Program-made: the position numbers and the translations under genes
Shown here: positions 26,862 to 37,245 of the stretch, one piece after another
Layout of the letters: every line of letters starts with the position of its first letter
Numbering within the stretch: the first letter of the stretch is position 1
Notes under the pieces: model-generated
Seen by the model: the letters and a program-made list of their open reading frames with translations, nothing else
Database searches by the model: none
What the model was told of the DNA's origin: nothing
Source: Candidatus Helarchaeota archaeon
GTDB taxonomy: Archaea > Asgardarchaeota > Lokiarchaeia > Helarchaeales > RDOG01
Direction: 5' to 3'
DNA length: 38,543 bases
Assembly (NCBI GenBank): GCA_029838215.1
Contig: JALGVI010000027.1
Span: forward strand, 1 to 38,543

Positions 26862-28565
26862 TTGATTATCGTGGATGACTACGTCGAAAAATGGGAAAAA
26901 GAGGTTTTGGAGCCGATTCTGAAGGCGCGACCTGAAAGGCGCGACAAATTCACGAATTTATCCGATACGGAAATCGAACGAATTTATTTACCCGACCCTA
27001 ATTTTGATTTTAAAGAAAAATTGGGTTTGCCGGGGATATTTCCTTTTACGAGGGGCGTTTATCCAACCATGTATCGTGGGCGGCTTTGGACCTTCCGTGA
27101 ATTCTCTGGGTTCGGCACGTCAATAGATACGAATAAAAGATATCACTATTTACTGAAACACGGGCAAACAGGACTTTCAGTAGCTTTCGATTTCCCGACA
27201 CTGTATGGATATGACTCAGATCATTCCATGTCTGAAGGGGAAGTCGGAAAATGTGGCGTGGCAGTTTCTTCACTCGAAGACATGGAAACGCTGTTCAACG
27301 GCATTCCTTTGGACGAAGTTTCCGTGAGCATGACGATCAATGGGCCCGCAGCCATAATCTGGGCATTCTTTATCGCTTGTGCAGAAAATCAAGCAGAATC
27401 CAAGGGTATTTCTAGGGAAGATATCCGCCAGCGGTTACGAGGGACGATTCAGAATGACATCTTAAAGGAGTACATAGCTCAAAAATCATGGATCTTTCCA
27501 CCCGAGCCATCCATGCGGTTAATCTTGGATACGTTTGAATTCGGTTCCAAGGAAATTCCAAAGTGGAACACGATCTCCATTTCAGGATATCACATTAGAG
27601 AAGCAGGTTCAACTGCAGTTCAAGAATTAGCGTTCACGCTTGCAGACGGTCTTGCCTATGTTGATGCGGGATTAGAGCGAGGATTGGTGCTTGATTCTTT
27701 TGCCCCCCGCTTGAGTTTCTTCTTCAATGCACACAATAACTTCTTTGAAGAAATTGCAAAATATCGAGCGGCACGAAGAATTTGGGCTCGCGAGATGAAA
27801 AAGCGTGGAGCGGAAAATCCACGCTCAATGATGCTAAGGTTTCACACTCAAACTGCAGGTGTTTCATTATTGGCACAACAACCCATGAATAATATCGTTC
27901 GTGTTGCCCTCCAGGCTTTAGCTGCCGTGCTAGGAGGAACGAATTCACTCCATACGAACTCATTTGATGAAACTCTTGCGTTACCAACAGAACAAGCAGT
28001 TACAATTGCCTTGCGCACGCAACAAATCATTGCACACGAATCGGGCGTGACGGATACCGTAGATCCGCTCGGTGGTTCGTACTTCGTTGAACAACTCACG
28101 GATGTCATGGAAAAGAAATGTGAAGAGTACTTTAACAGGATTAGGGGCATTGGGAAAAGCAAAAAGTTCCACATCGCGGTGATAGAGTGCATTCGTAGGG
28201 GATTTTTCCAACGCGAAATCGCCCGTGCAGCGTACAGGTACCAGAAGGAAATTGACGAAAAATACCGCATTGTTGTTGGTCTAAATGAATATGAAGACGA
28301 AAACGATGAAATAAACATTCCATTACTTAAAATTGATCCTGCAACGGAAAGAATACAACGCGAGCGATTGGAAACACTTCGCAAGAAGAGAAATAACGAA
28401 GCCGTGAAGGAGTCTTTAGCCAAGTTGGAAGAGGCTGCGAAAACAAGTGAAAATCTCATGCCATACCTAATAGATTGTGCTCATGCTTACGTGACACTGG
28501 GTGAGATACGGGATGTTCTAGTAAAAGTTTTTGGAATCTATAAGGAACCAACGGACTTGTTCTGA
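26862..28565 (+). CDS. B12-dependent acyl-CoA mutase large subunit, isobutyryl-CoA mutase (IcmA)-type
   Basis: [45 protein letters not shown] and SLHTNSFDE. The specificity positions are F81 and Q207, where MCM has Tyr and Arg. Confidence 0.9.
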   Translation: MIIVDDYVEKWEKEVLEPILKARPERRDKFTNLSDTEIERIYLPDPNFDFKEKLGLPGIFPFTRGVYPTMYRGRLWTFREFSGFGTSIDTNKRYHYLLKHGQTGLSVAFDFPTLYGYDSDHSMSEGEVGKCGVAVSSLEDMETLFNGIPLDEVSVSMTINGPAAIIWAFFIACAENQAESKGISREDIRQRLRGTIQNDILKEYIAQKSWIFPPEPSMRLILDTFEFGSKEIPKWNTISISGYHIREAGSTAVQELAFTLADGLAYVDAGLERGLVLDSFAPRLSFFFNAHNNFFEEIAKYRAARRIWAREMKKRGAENPRSMMLRFHTQTAGVSLLAQQPMNNIVRVALQALAAVLGGTNSLHTNSFDETLALPTEQAVTIALRTQQIIAHESGVTDTVDPLGGSYFVEQLTDVMEKKCEEYFNRIRGIGKSKKFHIAVIECIRRGFFQREIARAAYRYQKEIDEKYRIVVGLNEYEDENDEINIPLLKIDPATERIQRERLETLRKKRNNEAVKESLAKLEEAAKTSENLMPYLIDCAHAYVTLGEIRDVLVKVFGIYKEPTDLF

Positions 28566-28692
28566 TCGAGTTCCGGAGTTAATAACTTTTCTTTTTCTTT
28601 AATTTCGTTGATAATAGCAATTATTTGAAAAGTGAATAAAAAAAAGAAGTAAATATAAGTTATTTACCATAATTGAGAGAATATCAAGATTA

Positions 28693-29022
28693 TTAGTTTT
28701 CGTTCCAAGCAACGGCACAGGCAATTAGGATCAATATTCCAATAAAGGTCAGAAAACCTCCTGGAGCGATCGCAAACGGAGAAAAACTAACATATCCAGT
28801 CAGAAAGAACGAAATTACATCCGACAGAGCTAATGATAATCCACCTATCAATGTTGGCAAGCCAAATAGGATAATAATGACAAAACACCAGATATGACGA
28901 TTGCTTTTCTCATGTTCATGTTTAATTTTTTTTAGTTTTTGTTTGTACATTTCTCTGTTTTTTTTCATCTGTTTCTTGAGTGTTTCTATTTCGTCTTTCA
29001 ATTCAGATATTTCATCCATCAT
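28693..29022 (-). CDS. Small membrane protein (N-terminal coiled coil, two TM helices)
   Basis: Charged heptad N-terminus followed by two hydrophobic segments. SD AGGTGAG lies upstream. Confidence 0.65.
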   Translation of the reverse strand: MMDEISELKDEIETLKKQMKKNREMYKQKLKKIKHEHEKSNRHIWCFVIIILFGLPTLIGGLSLALSDVISFFLTGYVSFSPFAIAPGGFLTFIGILILIACAVAWNEN

Positions 29023-29507
29023 TCCAACTCACCTTTCAACTAAATGATTTATTTTTTAAATTGTCGATTCGAATATAATTGTTTTACATATAAAAGTCTT
29101 GTTTATGTGGCAAACATGGTTTTATATGGCAGTTACTTTAAATTCAGGATCATGAACGTTAAAATGAGAAAATGGCAAAAATTTATTTTCTTTAACAAAG
29201 TAACCCTGTTATTGAAGAGAGAATAACGGATTTAGTTAAAAAATTCCAGATCTTTGTGGTTTTAATTGAGAATTGGTTCTTCCACTAAAAGTCTCGTTCA
29301 GATAAAGCCTTCAACACGGAAAAAAGGATTTTATATTGGTTCTGTTTATTGAAAAACGATGATGTAAAATGAAAACAAACCGATAATAGCAAGGAAATCA
29401 GATTAAGATTATGAAATTTGCAAAGCATGGTTTTAAGTTTTTCAAGATTTAAAATAACATTTAAATTTCCCGTTTTTACTTGATATAGTAGGAAACGTGA
29501 GCATCCC

Positions 29508-30449
29508 ATGGTAGACTTGATTACTAAAGTTTTAAGTCTTCTAAATCAACATGATTTTCAAACTTTGCCGATATATCACAAATCTAGCTGTTTTGATATA
29601 ACGGCCCGGGGAAAAGACAAGTTACTTTTCATTAAATGCTTGCATAACATAGACAACTTCCAAAAGAGGCATAAAGAAGAGTTAAAACTAATTGCAGAAG
29701 CATGTCAGGGTGTTCCACTCATAATAGGGGAAATAAACAAGCAGACGAAATTACAGGATCAAGTCGTGTATGAGACAGGGAACATTCCAATAATCACTTT
29801 TAGCACGTTCATGCGAATCATCGTTGAGAATCTTTTTCCACATATTTACTCCAAACGTGGCGGGCGATTCGTTCAAATTGATAGAATGAAGTTAAGCGAG
29901 CAATTACAGACTCGTAAGATGACCAAGACCGAGCTTGCAAAAAAAATAGACATTTCACGCAGGACGATAAGCTATTACCTCAAGGGCGAAATGGACGCCT
30001 CAATAGAAACCTATCGGTTGCTTGAGAAGGAATTAGAAAGCGAGTTAAAGCGCCCCATCAACATATTTGATTGGAGCTTTGAAGTTAGCTCGAGAGATTT
30101 CAAACCAAAGGATGAATTGGAAATTAACGTGGATGAGCAGTTCAAACAAATAGGGCTACAAGTTCTATGGACAAAAAAAGCACCTTTCGATGGTGTTTCC
30201 GAAGGCGAAATTCAAAAAGAAGTCATTATCACGGGCGTTGGAAGCAAAAATGAAAAGACCAAAGTCATCCATCAGAAAATTAGCGTGATCCAGTCGATTA
30301 GTTCCATCATTAATTCTCTTCGCATGTTTGTCGTGGAAGACCGACCAATCCGAAAGATGATATATGGAGTTCCCGTTCTTACAATGAGCCAGCTTGAAGA
30401 TGTTGAAGATATTGAAAACCTAAAAGAAAAAATTAAGAAAAAGAAATGA
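29508..30449 (+). CDS. Archaeal COG1395-type HTH transcriptional regulator
   Basis: SCFDITAR..LLFIK..NIDNF, IPIIT, IYSKRGGRFVQID, Xre HTH (ELAKKIDISRRTISYYLKG) and KKAPFDGVS. Confidence 0.88.
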   Translation: MVDLITKVLSLLNQHDFQTLPIYHKSSCFDITARGKDKLLFIKCLHNIDNFQKRHKEELKLIAEACQGVPLIIGEINKQTKLQDQVVYETGNIPIITFSTFMRIIVENLFPHIYSKRGGRFVQIDRMKLSEQLQTRKMTKTELAKKIDISRRTISYYLKGEMDASIETYRLLEKELESELKRPINIFDWSFEVSSRDFKPKDELEINVDEQFKQIGLQVLWTKKAPFDGVSEGEIQKEVIITGVGSKNEKTKVIHQKISVIQSISSIINSLRMFVVEDRPIRKMIYGVPVLTMSQLEDVEDIENLKEKIKKKK

Positions 30450-30485
30450 ATTTTTTTTCAAAAAGAAAATTAATGGTGAAGAGTT

Positions 30486-31580
30486 TTGACAAGCAATATT
30501 GTAAATAAAGATGTTCTCGTCAAGATCGCAAGAAAAATAAAAAACGTAGGTCAAGGAATTCCCACGACCAAAGAAGGCGAGCCAACGGATACTTACGTAA
30601 AGTACCTTAGTTTAATGTATGATCCAGTCGAAGCAGATTTCGTGCAACATCTTGACGTATTCCCCAAAGCCAAATCAGTTTCAAAACTTGCAAAGCAGTT
30701 AGGAAAGGAAAAAGCCGAAATAAAGGCAATTTTGGAACCATTAGTAGAAAAAGGTTTCATAATGAAACTTGGCAATGCGTATGCCATTCCAATGCCTCTA
30801 TTTATCTACGACATGCCGTTTATCAAAAGGGAACACTACGAAGGACCAAATGCGAAAGATTTTGCAGAATTGAGCCGAATTTTTTTCGAAAAAGAGGAGT
30901 ATTATAAGAGTTGGCAAACAAACAAGAAAGGAGTTCCCCGATCTCGCATATTAACGGTGAGTGAGAAAATCGAACCTGAAAAAGACATCATTCCTCTTGA
31001 AGAAGTATACAGCATCATTGATCGATATGATAAATTTGCTATTGTACCTTGTCCTTGTCGAAAAAGAGCTGAGGTGGAGGGCATTAGAAAGTGCACTGAC
31101 AAGTATCCGATTTTAAACTGCGTGATCTTGGGCAATGTTGCGGAAGCCTCACTATCGTTGAATGATCCGATCATAAGGAGCGCGACAAAGCAGGAGGTCA
31201 TTCAAATCGTAAAGGAGGCATCCGATCTCGGTTTGGTGCACACAACAGATAATTATGCTCCGAATAGTGCCATTTTATGTTCGTGTTGTGAGTGTTGTTG
31301 TGGTCTATTGGCGGGATTGACCCGACCGGGATTAGACAATCCTCGCACGATTGCAAAAGCAAATTACGTGGCAAATATTGATGAACAGTCCTGCACAGCT
31401 TGTGGCACTTGTTTAGAAAGATGCAAGTTCAATGCCATTGAAGTTGACGATTTTGCTCATGTTGACAAGGAACGATGCATGGGATGTGGATTGTGCGCGG
31501 TGACGTGTCCCAGCGAGGCAATTACAATGAAACGACTTGAGAGAGAAGTCTTGCCAGGAGTCAGCAAGTTGAAGCAATGA
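30486..31580 (+). CDS. 4Fe-4S ferredoxin-domain oxidoreductase-like protein
   Basis: CPCR...C...C, GLVH, CSCCECCCG and two C-terminal clusters CTACGTCLERC and CMGCGLCAVTC. Confidence 0.85.
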   Translation: MTSNIVNKDVLVKIARKIKNVGQGIPTTKEGEPTDTYVKYLSLMYDPVEADFVQHLDVFPKAKSVSKLAKQLGKEKAEIKAILEPLVEKGFIMKLGNAYAIPMPLFIYDMPFIKREHYEGPNAKDFAELSRIFFEKEEYYKSWQTNKKGVPRSRILTVSEKIEPEKDIIPLEEVYSIIDRYDKFAIVPCPCRKRAEVEGIRKCTDKYPILNCVILGNVAEASLSLNDPIIRSATKQEVIQIVKEASDLGLVHTTDNYAPNSAILCSCCECCCGLLAGLTRPGLDNPRTIAKANYVANIDEQSCTACGTCLERCKFNAIEVDDFAHVDKERCMGCGLCAVTCPSEAITMKRLEREVLPGVSKLKQ

Positions 31581-31595
31581 TTCTTTACTTTTTTT
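31581..31595 (+). terminator. Oligo(T) terminator candidate
   Basis: TTCTTTACTTTTTTT immediately after the stop, between convergent genes. Confidence 0.35.
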
Positions 31596-31644
31596 CAAAA
31601 TTGGGCGATGATGATCAAGAAAAAAGAGATATTTTCCATTCAAA

Positions 31645-33700
31645 TTATTTAGCCAAATATCCAGAAATGGTCGAGTGGAAATCCTTAAGAAGGTCTGCCT
31701 TGACAGCATTTTTATCGATTTGTTTCAAGATTGAGATGTAAAAATCTTCATTGTTATCAGACTTTAACGTGATTAACAATCCTAGTTCATTTTCAAACCG
31801 CAGGTATCCCAATTTTCCAAGTTTTTCCAGCAAGGACTGAATGGAATTAAAATCAGCTTCAGACAGAGTTTCGTCTTGAGCGGACTGCTTTTCACCCAAT
31901 TCGGAAAGTAAATCAGTAAATGAGATGCGTGATTTTGGTGCAACAAACTGTAGGAGATCCAACACGTCTTCTTTGAGTTGATCTCTCTTCTTCCAAGAGC
32001 GTTTTTCACGGCATAATCCAACAATTGCTTGCGCGCTTCCTGTTTCTGCAAGGATTCGATCAGTCCCTTCAAGTAGATTTCCGTGAAGGTTGATTTTCTT
32101 TAGGTGAGCAAGATTTTCCAGACCTTCAATTTTTGTAATTCGGTTGTCTGAAAGATCCAATTCTTGTAATTCGGTAAGATTTTGGAGTCCTTCTATTTCT
32201 CTTACCAGATTCTTAGAAAGGTCCAAGACTTGCAGATCAAAAATTTCCGCTAAACCTCGAATTTCGGTTATTTTTTCGATTCCTTTATTACTTAAGTTCA
32301 ATTTTTTGTTTCTAACAGGAATCTTCTCGTCTTTTAGCTGCACGGATCCTGCAGGTTGCTTGCCTTTTTCATCACTAATACTGCTGGGGAAAAGTTGACT
32401 AATGACCGACCGAGCAAAGTTGGAAATATCCCCGCCGTCGACTTCGTCTTTATATTGCCGATACTCACTCTCAAAAAGATTTGAGAACTTTTTCATGAAT
32501 TCGAGCACTTCTTTCGGCGGTTTTAATGAATCGGATAGGTCGATGAACAGAGTTGGAACATTTAGATAGGAGCGAATTCGAAAGAAGGCGTGAATAATTT
32601 CATCATGCATTCCCAGCTTAAACAGAAGAAAAACGCGAACATATCTACCCCAAAAATCCTCGGGATCGAGCTGAAAGATACCATCAAGATATTTCATGGC
32701 TTCAGAATATCGGTTGGATTCAATTAGAAGATTGATGATGAGCATGTAAATCCGCAAATTTTCTTGGTCAAGCACGCGTGCTTTTTCATAACATTCAAGG
32801 GCTTCGTCCCATAATGCCAATTCCTTAAGAACGATTCCCTTGTTATAAAGAGCATTCACATATTCAGGATCTATTTGTAATGCTTCATCGTAACAGTTAA
32901 GTGCTTCCTTAAATGTTCTTAAGTCTCGCAATGCATTACCTTTATTGTACCAAGCCATTTTGTTTTTCAGGTCAAGCCGAATTGCTTGATCATATGCGTG
33001 GAGGGCTTCATTCCACCGGTTCAAATTTGCAAGGATGATGCCCTTGTTATTCCATGCGCCACCAAATTTGGGATCTATTCGTATGGCGTGATCATACGCT
33101 TCAAGGGCTTCGTCCCACCGACCAAGGTTAGCCAGTGCCACGCCTTTATTAGTCCAAGCCTTTCCGTATCTTGGGTCTAATCTCAAAATATTATCATAGA
33201 TTCTTCGTGTTTCTTCTTTTTTACCCACGTCTTCCTTTCCACTGAATTTCGGGTCGAGTTGAATGGCTTCTTCAAAGCACTTGAGAGCTTCATTCCATTT
33301 ACCTGATTTGGCCAGGGCGACGCCCTTATTATTCCACGTCCCGCTATATCTGGGATCAATGGCAATCGCACGATCATAACAAGATATCGATTCTTCTTCC
33401 ATCCCCAAGTCAGCGAGAATTAGTCCTTTTCGTTCCCAGACTTCTGCCGCATCTGGTTCCATTTCGAGAAATTCGTCAGATAATTCTAATGCTTCTCCCA
33501 TTCTTTTCAGTCTTATCAAGACGGTGATTTTTGCAATCCAGCAGAGCTCTATCAAAAAGATTCAAGGATTCTTCATATTTTTGAGCATTAAGGAGGGCAT
33601 TACCTTTTTGATAAGCAAAATTCGCCTCTTGTTCTAGTCTTGGAGTGACTTTTTTTACCTTTTTTTTGCCATCTTTTAAATCTTTCTTATCGGCAGGCAT
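31645..33700 (-). pseudogene. TPR plus SDS22-like LRR protein, split by a frameshifting deletion at about 33541 (track ORFs 33476..33763 and 31645..33555)
   Basis: The N-terminal ORF ends a TPR at ...AYQKGNALL..FDRAL, and the next TPR (WIAK..) begins 1 nt later in another frame. Multiple WxNKG TPRs follow, then LxxLDLSxNxIxxIEGL LRRs. Confidence 0.75.
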
Positions 33701-34050
33701 GAAATCTCCCAATTCATGATGATAGTTGGATATTTTTTGAGTGCATTGCTTAAAATACATCAAATTTATGACTGAAATGCAAGATTTTGCGACTTTTTGA
33801 TAGATAATTCTCAGTTAATATCAAATTGGTATTAAAGATAAATTTTTTCTAAAGATCTTGGCATTCTTATCGATCTTTATTTCCAGATCTAAAATTTAAT
33901 GCCGAATAACAGCTGGGAAATACGTGGTTCATGGTTTGATGATTGAGACGAAACATCATTCATTATAAGAAAAAAAAATTGACTTGCACCATTCACATCA
34001 TTTAAATACTATTATTTCCTTAAGAGCATAAATTTTAGGTGGCGAAGGCG

Positions 34051-34182
34051 ATGAATGAGCAGGTATTGAAGTCTTACATGCACGAAGTTATATATTGCTT
34101 GATAAATAGAAATATAGAATTACGAGAAAAATTAGAAGAACAAAAAAAGATCAATGCACTCCTAAAAAGAACTTTAGATTAA
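34051..34182 (+). CDS. 43-aa small coiled-coil protein (below the ORF-track cutoff)
   Basis: MNEQVLKSYMHEVIYCLINRNIELREKLEEQKKINALLKRTLD*, with AGGTGG upstream. Its stop abuts the acr3 stop. Confidence 0.5.
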   Translation: MNEQVLKSYMHEVIYCLINRNIELREKLEEQKKINALLKRTLD

Positions 34183-35286
34183 TCATGTCTGTTCAATGCT
34201 TTTTTCACCATTATTTTCATTGGGAAGCCAAAATCTCTTTCGTCTCAAGAATTTACCCAAATAAACCAAGGACAACATGATCGGTACTTCCCAGAAAAGT
34301 CCCATCGTGGTACCCAGTGCAGCAAGCGAGCCCAGTCCATAGATGGATATTGCCGTCGCAATGGCAATTTCGAAATGACTTGATGAACCGATAATGACAG
34401 TAATGACTGCCTCGCGATATTTCAACCTGACCAGTTTTGTCACTATCAAGTTATATCCAACGACCATTGCAAACCCGACTAAAAGGGGTATTGATACAAG
34501 GATTAACTTATCGGGATTAAAGATCAACGTCGTTCCGTTCATTGAAAAAAGCACGACTAAAGTCATTAGCAGTGCGGCAATGGCGATTTTCCCGACAGCA
34601 GGTCTATACACGTCATTGAACCATTCCTCGCCTTTCTTTTTTATCAGGATCTTTTTACTGGTAATGCCCAACACCAATGGACAACCGATGAAGATGATTA
34701 GTGATATTAAGAGCGAAACGCGGTCAACGGGTATGCTTTGAATGCCCGTCAAGAATGCCACTAAAGGAACGTATCCAATTATGATCGTGATGGTATTAAC
34801 ACTTGTCGTTATGACATTTTGTTCTTGGTTTCCTTCTGCCAGATATCCCCAGACGAGAACCATTGCCGTGCACGGAGAAGAAGCAAGGAGAATCACGGCG
34901 ACCTTAAGTTCTGGCAGTCCGGGTAGAAAAATTGCAGCCAGAGCAGCTCCAATAAAAGGTGCAACCAACCAATTGGAGACCAAAGTCAATATTATTGGAA
35001 GGGGATTCTTGCCGAGTTTCTTTAGTTCCGAGATTTGAATGTTTAGCATTGCAGGATACATCATGATGAATAAACATATTGCAATAGGAATTGAGATACC
35101 AGAAGTCGGAGACCAGCGAATTTGCAATGAATCAATGATAATACTGATTCCAGGGATTGTTATGGAGATGATTACTCCTGCGGCGATGCAGATGGCTATC
35201 CATAGCGGTAAGAATTTTTCGAACTTGCTTAATCCTTCTTGTTCAGATTTCTCTTTTGGTGCAACATCATCTTTCTCGCTTTCCAT
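34183..35286 (-). CDS. acr3: ACR3-family arsenite efflux transporter
   Basis: FEKFLPLWI, IAICLFIMMYPAM, NWLVAPF, PCTAMVLVW and SSHFEIAIA; about 10 TM helices. Confidence 0.93.
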   Translation of the reverse strand: MESEKDDVAPKEKSEQEGLSKFEKFLPLWIAICIAAGVIISITIPGISIIIDSLQIRWSPTSGISIPIAICLFIMMYPAMLNIQISELKKLGKNPLPIILTLVSNWLVAPFIGAALAAIFLPGLPELKVAVILLASSPCTAMVLVWGYLAEGNQEQNVITTSVNTITIIIGYVPLVAFLTGIQSIPVDRVSLLISLIIFIGCPLVLGITSKKILIKKKGEEWFNDVYRPAVGKIAIAALLMTLVVLFSMNGTTLIFNPDKLILVSIPLLVGFAMVVGYNLIVTKLVRLKYREAVITVIIGSSSHFEIAIATAISIYGLGSLAALGTTMGLFWEVPIMLSLVYLGKFLRRKRFWLPNENNGEKSIEQT

Positions 35287-35378
35287 GTAAAAACCACCTT
35301 TGTGGAAATCGAGGGTCGTGGATTTGTATGGACGTGTGTCAATATATCAATATGAATCGAAGGATATAAAGATTTTTA

Positions 35379-35392
35379 TGCTTGCCCAAGCA
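35379..35392. promoter_or_regulatory. 6-2-6 inverted repeat, candidate ArsR operator
   Basis: TGCTTG-CC-CAAGCA ends 8 nt before the arsR ATG. A second IR, TATATC-N14-GATATA, lies at 35343-35368. Confidence 0.4.
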
Positions 35393-35400
35393 ATTAATTC

Positions 35401-35805
35401 ATGATGAACCGAACAATAGAGTTAAAACAATTGAAGACACTGGCAGAGTGTAAAGGCGATACTGCGGATCTCAAAAAGATCGTGGATGATCTTTCCAATT
35501 CAAAAACGAAAATTGAAAATAATTCTAGTTTCAGCCAATCACTCAAGATGTATAAAGCACTATCCGAGAAAAATAGGTTGCTTATTTTCGAAATGCTTTT
35601 AGAACGAGAAGAAATGTGCATTTGTGAGTTTACAATTGCATTGGGAAAGTCCCAACCCACGATTTCACACCACTTGCAAAAACTTGAAGACGCAAATTTA
35701 GTTGTAGGGATAAAAAGTGGTAAATTCATCCACTATAGAATAAAAAAAGAATCGGTAAAGGAACTGTTCAGTCGATTTGGCATGATATTAGACGAGTTAA
35801 CATGA
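35401..35805 (+). CDS. arsR: ArsR/SmtB metalloregulator
   Basis: KALSEKNRLLI, EMCICEF (As-binding CxC), SQPTISHHLQKL and GKFIHY. Divergent from acr3. Confidence 0.9.
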   Translation: MMNRTIELKQLKTLAECKGDTADLKKIVDDLSNSKTKIENNSSFSQSLKMYKALSEKNRLLIFEMLLEREEMCICEFTIALGKSQPTISHHLQKLEDANLVVGIKSGKFIHYRIKKESVKELFSRFGMILDELT

Positions 35806-35916
35806 TTGGTACATACCAATAGTTGAATGATCAGTAAAGAAGTAAAGATATTTATGTGATGAGTTTTTAATCACACTTGACTTAGGTTTTAAAAATGATT
35901 ACATTCATGTTAAATA

Positions 35917-37245
35917 GTGTTTTCAATGCTTCTTGAAGCAACTTTGGATTTAATAATTGCCATATACACGATCATTAGTGCCATGGTATTTGGAACCATT
36001 AGTCTCAGGCATAAAACCTTGCGATTGTGGTTACCGTGCATAATTCTATTTCCATTTGGTTCTGTTTTCATTTATCTCCATAATTTTTTTGAAACATTGC
36101 GAATAATGGGAGATATCTTATATCTCTTGGCAATTGTATGTTTGATTTTTGCAATATTCGTAGATTATTACCAAATTTACTTCAAATCACGACGAGAACG
36201 CAATTTCATGCAAAAAAATGGTAAGATTATCTTTTTTATCGGTCCCGTGACTTTAATTGTCATTCCCGTTCAAATCGTGATGATAATCTTATCCATCGTG
36301 TCATTAGGGATGTTAATACACATTTATTTAATTCAAAGAACACCGACACGTGCAATCATGGTTCTAACGCTCATTTGCGGGTTTATCTCATTATCATGCA
36401 CCACGTTATATGAGTTTGGTGTTTGGGGAATGTGGGAACTTAGTTATGGAATGAATTTTGTTTTCTTGACTTTTTTTCTTGCAACGGCGATCGTTGCTCT
36501 GCTTGAACAAAGAATAGTGAATTCAGAAAAAAAGTATAGAGATGCCTACGATCGAGCAGAATTGTATAAAGACTTATTTGCACACGATATCAATAACATT
36601 CTTCAGAGCATCAGATCTGCAAGTGATTTGTTGTCCATGATGGAAGCCTCAGATAAAAAGGCAAGGTCTCTCGAAATAATGAAAATAATTGACGAGCAGA
36701 TCACTCGAGGGGCAAGACTAGTTTCGAACATACAAAAAATATCGAAACTTGAAGAAAGCGGAAATTTTATTGAAAACATTGAAATTCGTAAGATATTAGA
36801 TGATGCAATTTCATCCGTCAAAACTATCTTTCCTGACAAAAATCTTGATATAAAGATTGAAGTCTCTGAAGAAAAGATGTTTGCCAAGGCAAATCGTTTC
36901 TTATCGGAAGTGTTTGAGAATTTACTTGTTAATGCAATCATGTATAATGATAGCACCCGCATTGAGATATTAGTAAAGATTTCAAGGACTCCTCCAAATT
37001 GGATAAGAATGGAATTTCAAGATAACGGTATAGGAATCAGGGATGATCGAAAAGAAAGTATTTTTTTCAGGGGACAAGAAAAAAGTTCCATATCGGGGGG
37101 AATGGGAATTGGCTTGTCTCTCGTGAGAACAATTATCGACGGTTATAAGGGGAAGATCTGGGTGGAAGATAGGGTGAAAGGTGATTATTCACAAGGAAGT
37201 AATATCATCATCTTAATCCCTGAAGGGGGAGTTCGAAATAGTTAG
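35917..37245 (+). CDS. Membrane-bound sensor histidine kinase
   Basis: About 6 N-terminal TM helices, H-box AHDINNILQ, N-box FENLLVNAIMY, DNGIG and GMGIGLSLV. Confidence 0.92.
   Translation: MFSMLLEATLDLIIAIYTIISAMVFGTISLRHKTLRLWLPCIILFPFGSVFIYLHNFFETLRIMGDILYLLAIVCLIFAIFVDYYQIYFKSRRERNFMQKNGKIIFFIGPVTLIVIPVQIVMIILSIVSLGMLIHIYLIQRTPTRAIMVLTLICGFISLSCTTLYEFGVWGMWELSYGMNFVFLTFFLATAIVALLEQRIVNSEKKYRDAYDRAELYKDLFAHDINNILQSIRSASDLLSMMEASDKKARSLEIMKIIDEQITRGARLVSNIQKISKLEESGNFIENIEIRKILDDAISSVKTIFPDKNLDIKIEVSEEKMFAKANRFLSEVFENLLVNAIMYNDSTRIEILVKISRTPPNWIRMEFQDNGIGIRDDRKESIFFRGQEKSSISGGMGIGLSLVRTIIDGYKGKIWVEDRVKGDYSQGSNIIILIPEGGVRNS

Noticed and set aside
27848-28459. 203-aa minus-strand ORF and other long overlapping ORFs in the track
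   Set aside because: Antisense to well-supported genes and carrying no recognisable motifs.
29044-29509. 60-aa and 74-aa ORFs in the intergenic region
   Set aside because: AT-rich, without SD or recognisable motifs; probably spurious.
33530-33560. Programmed ribosomal frameshift in the TPR gene
   Set aside because: A frameshift would not restore the 9 residues missing from the TPR register; a deletion explains it better.
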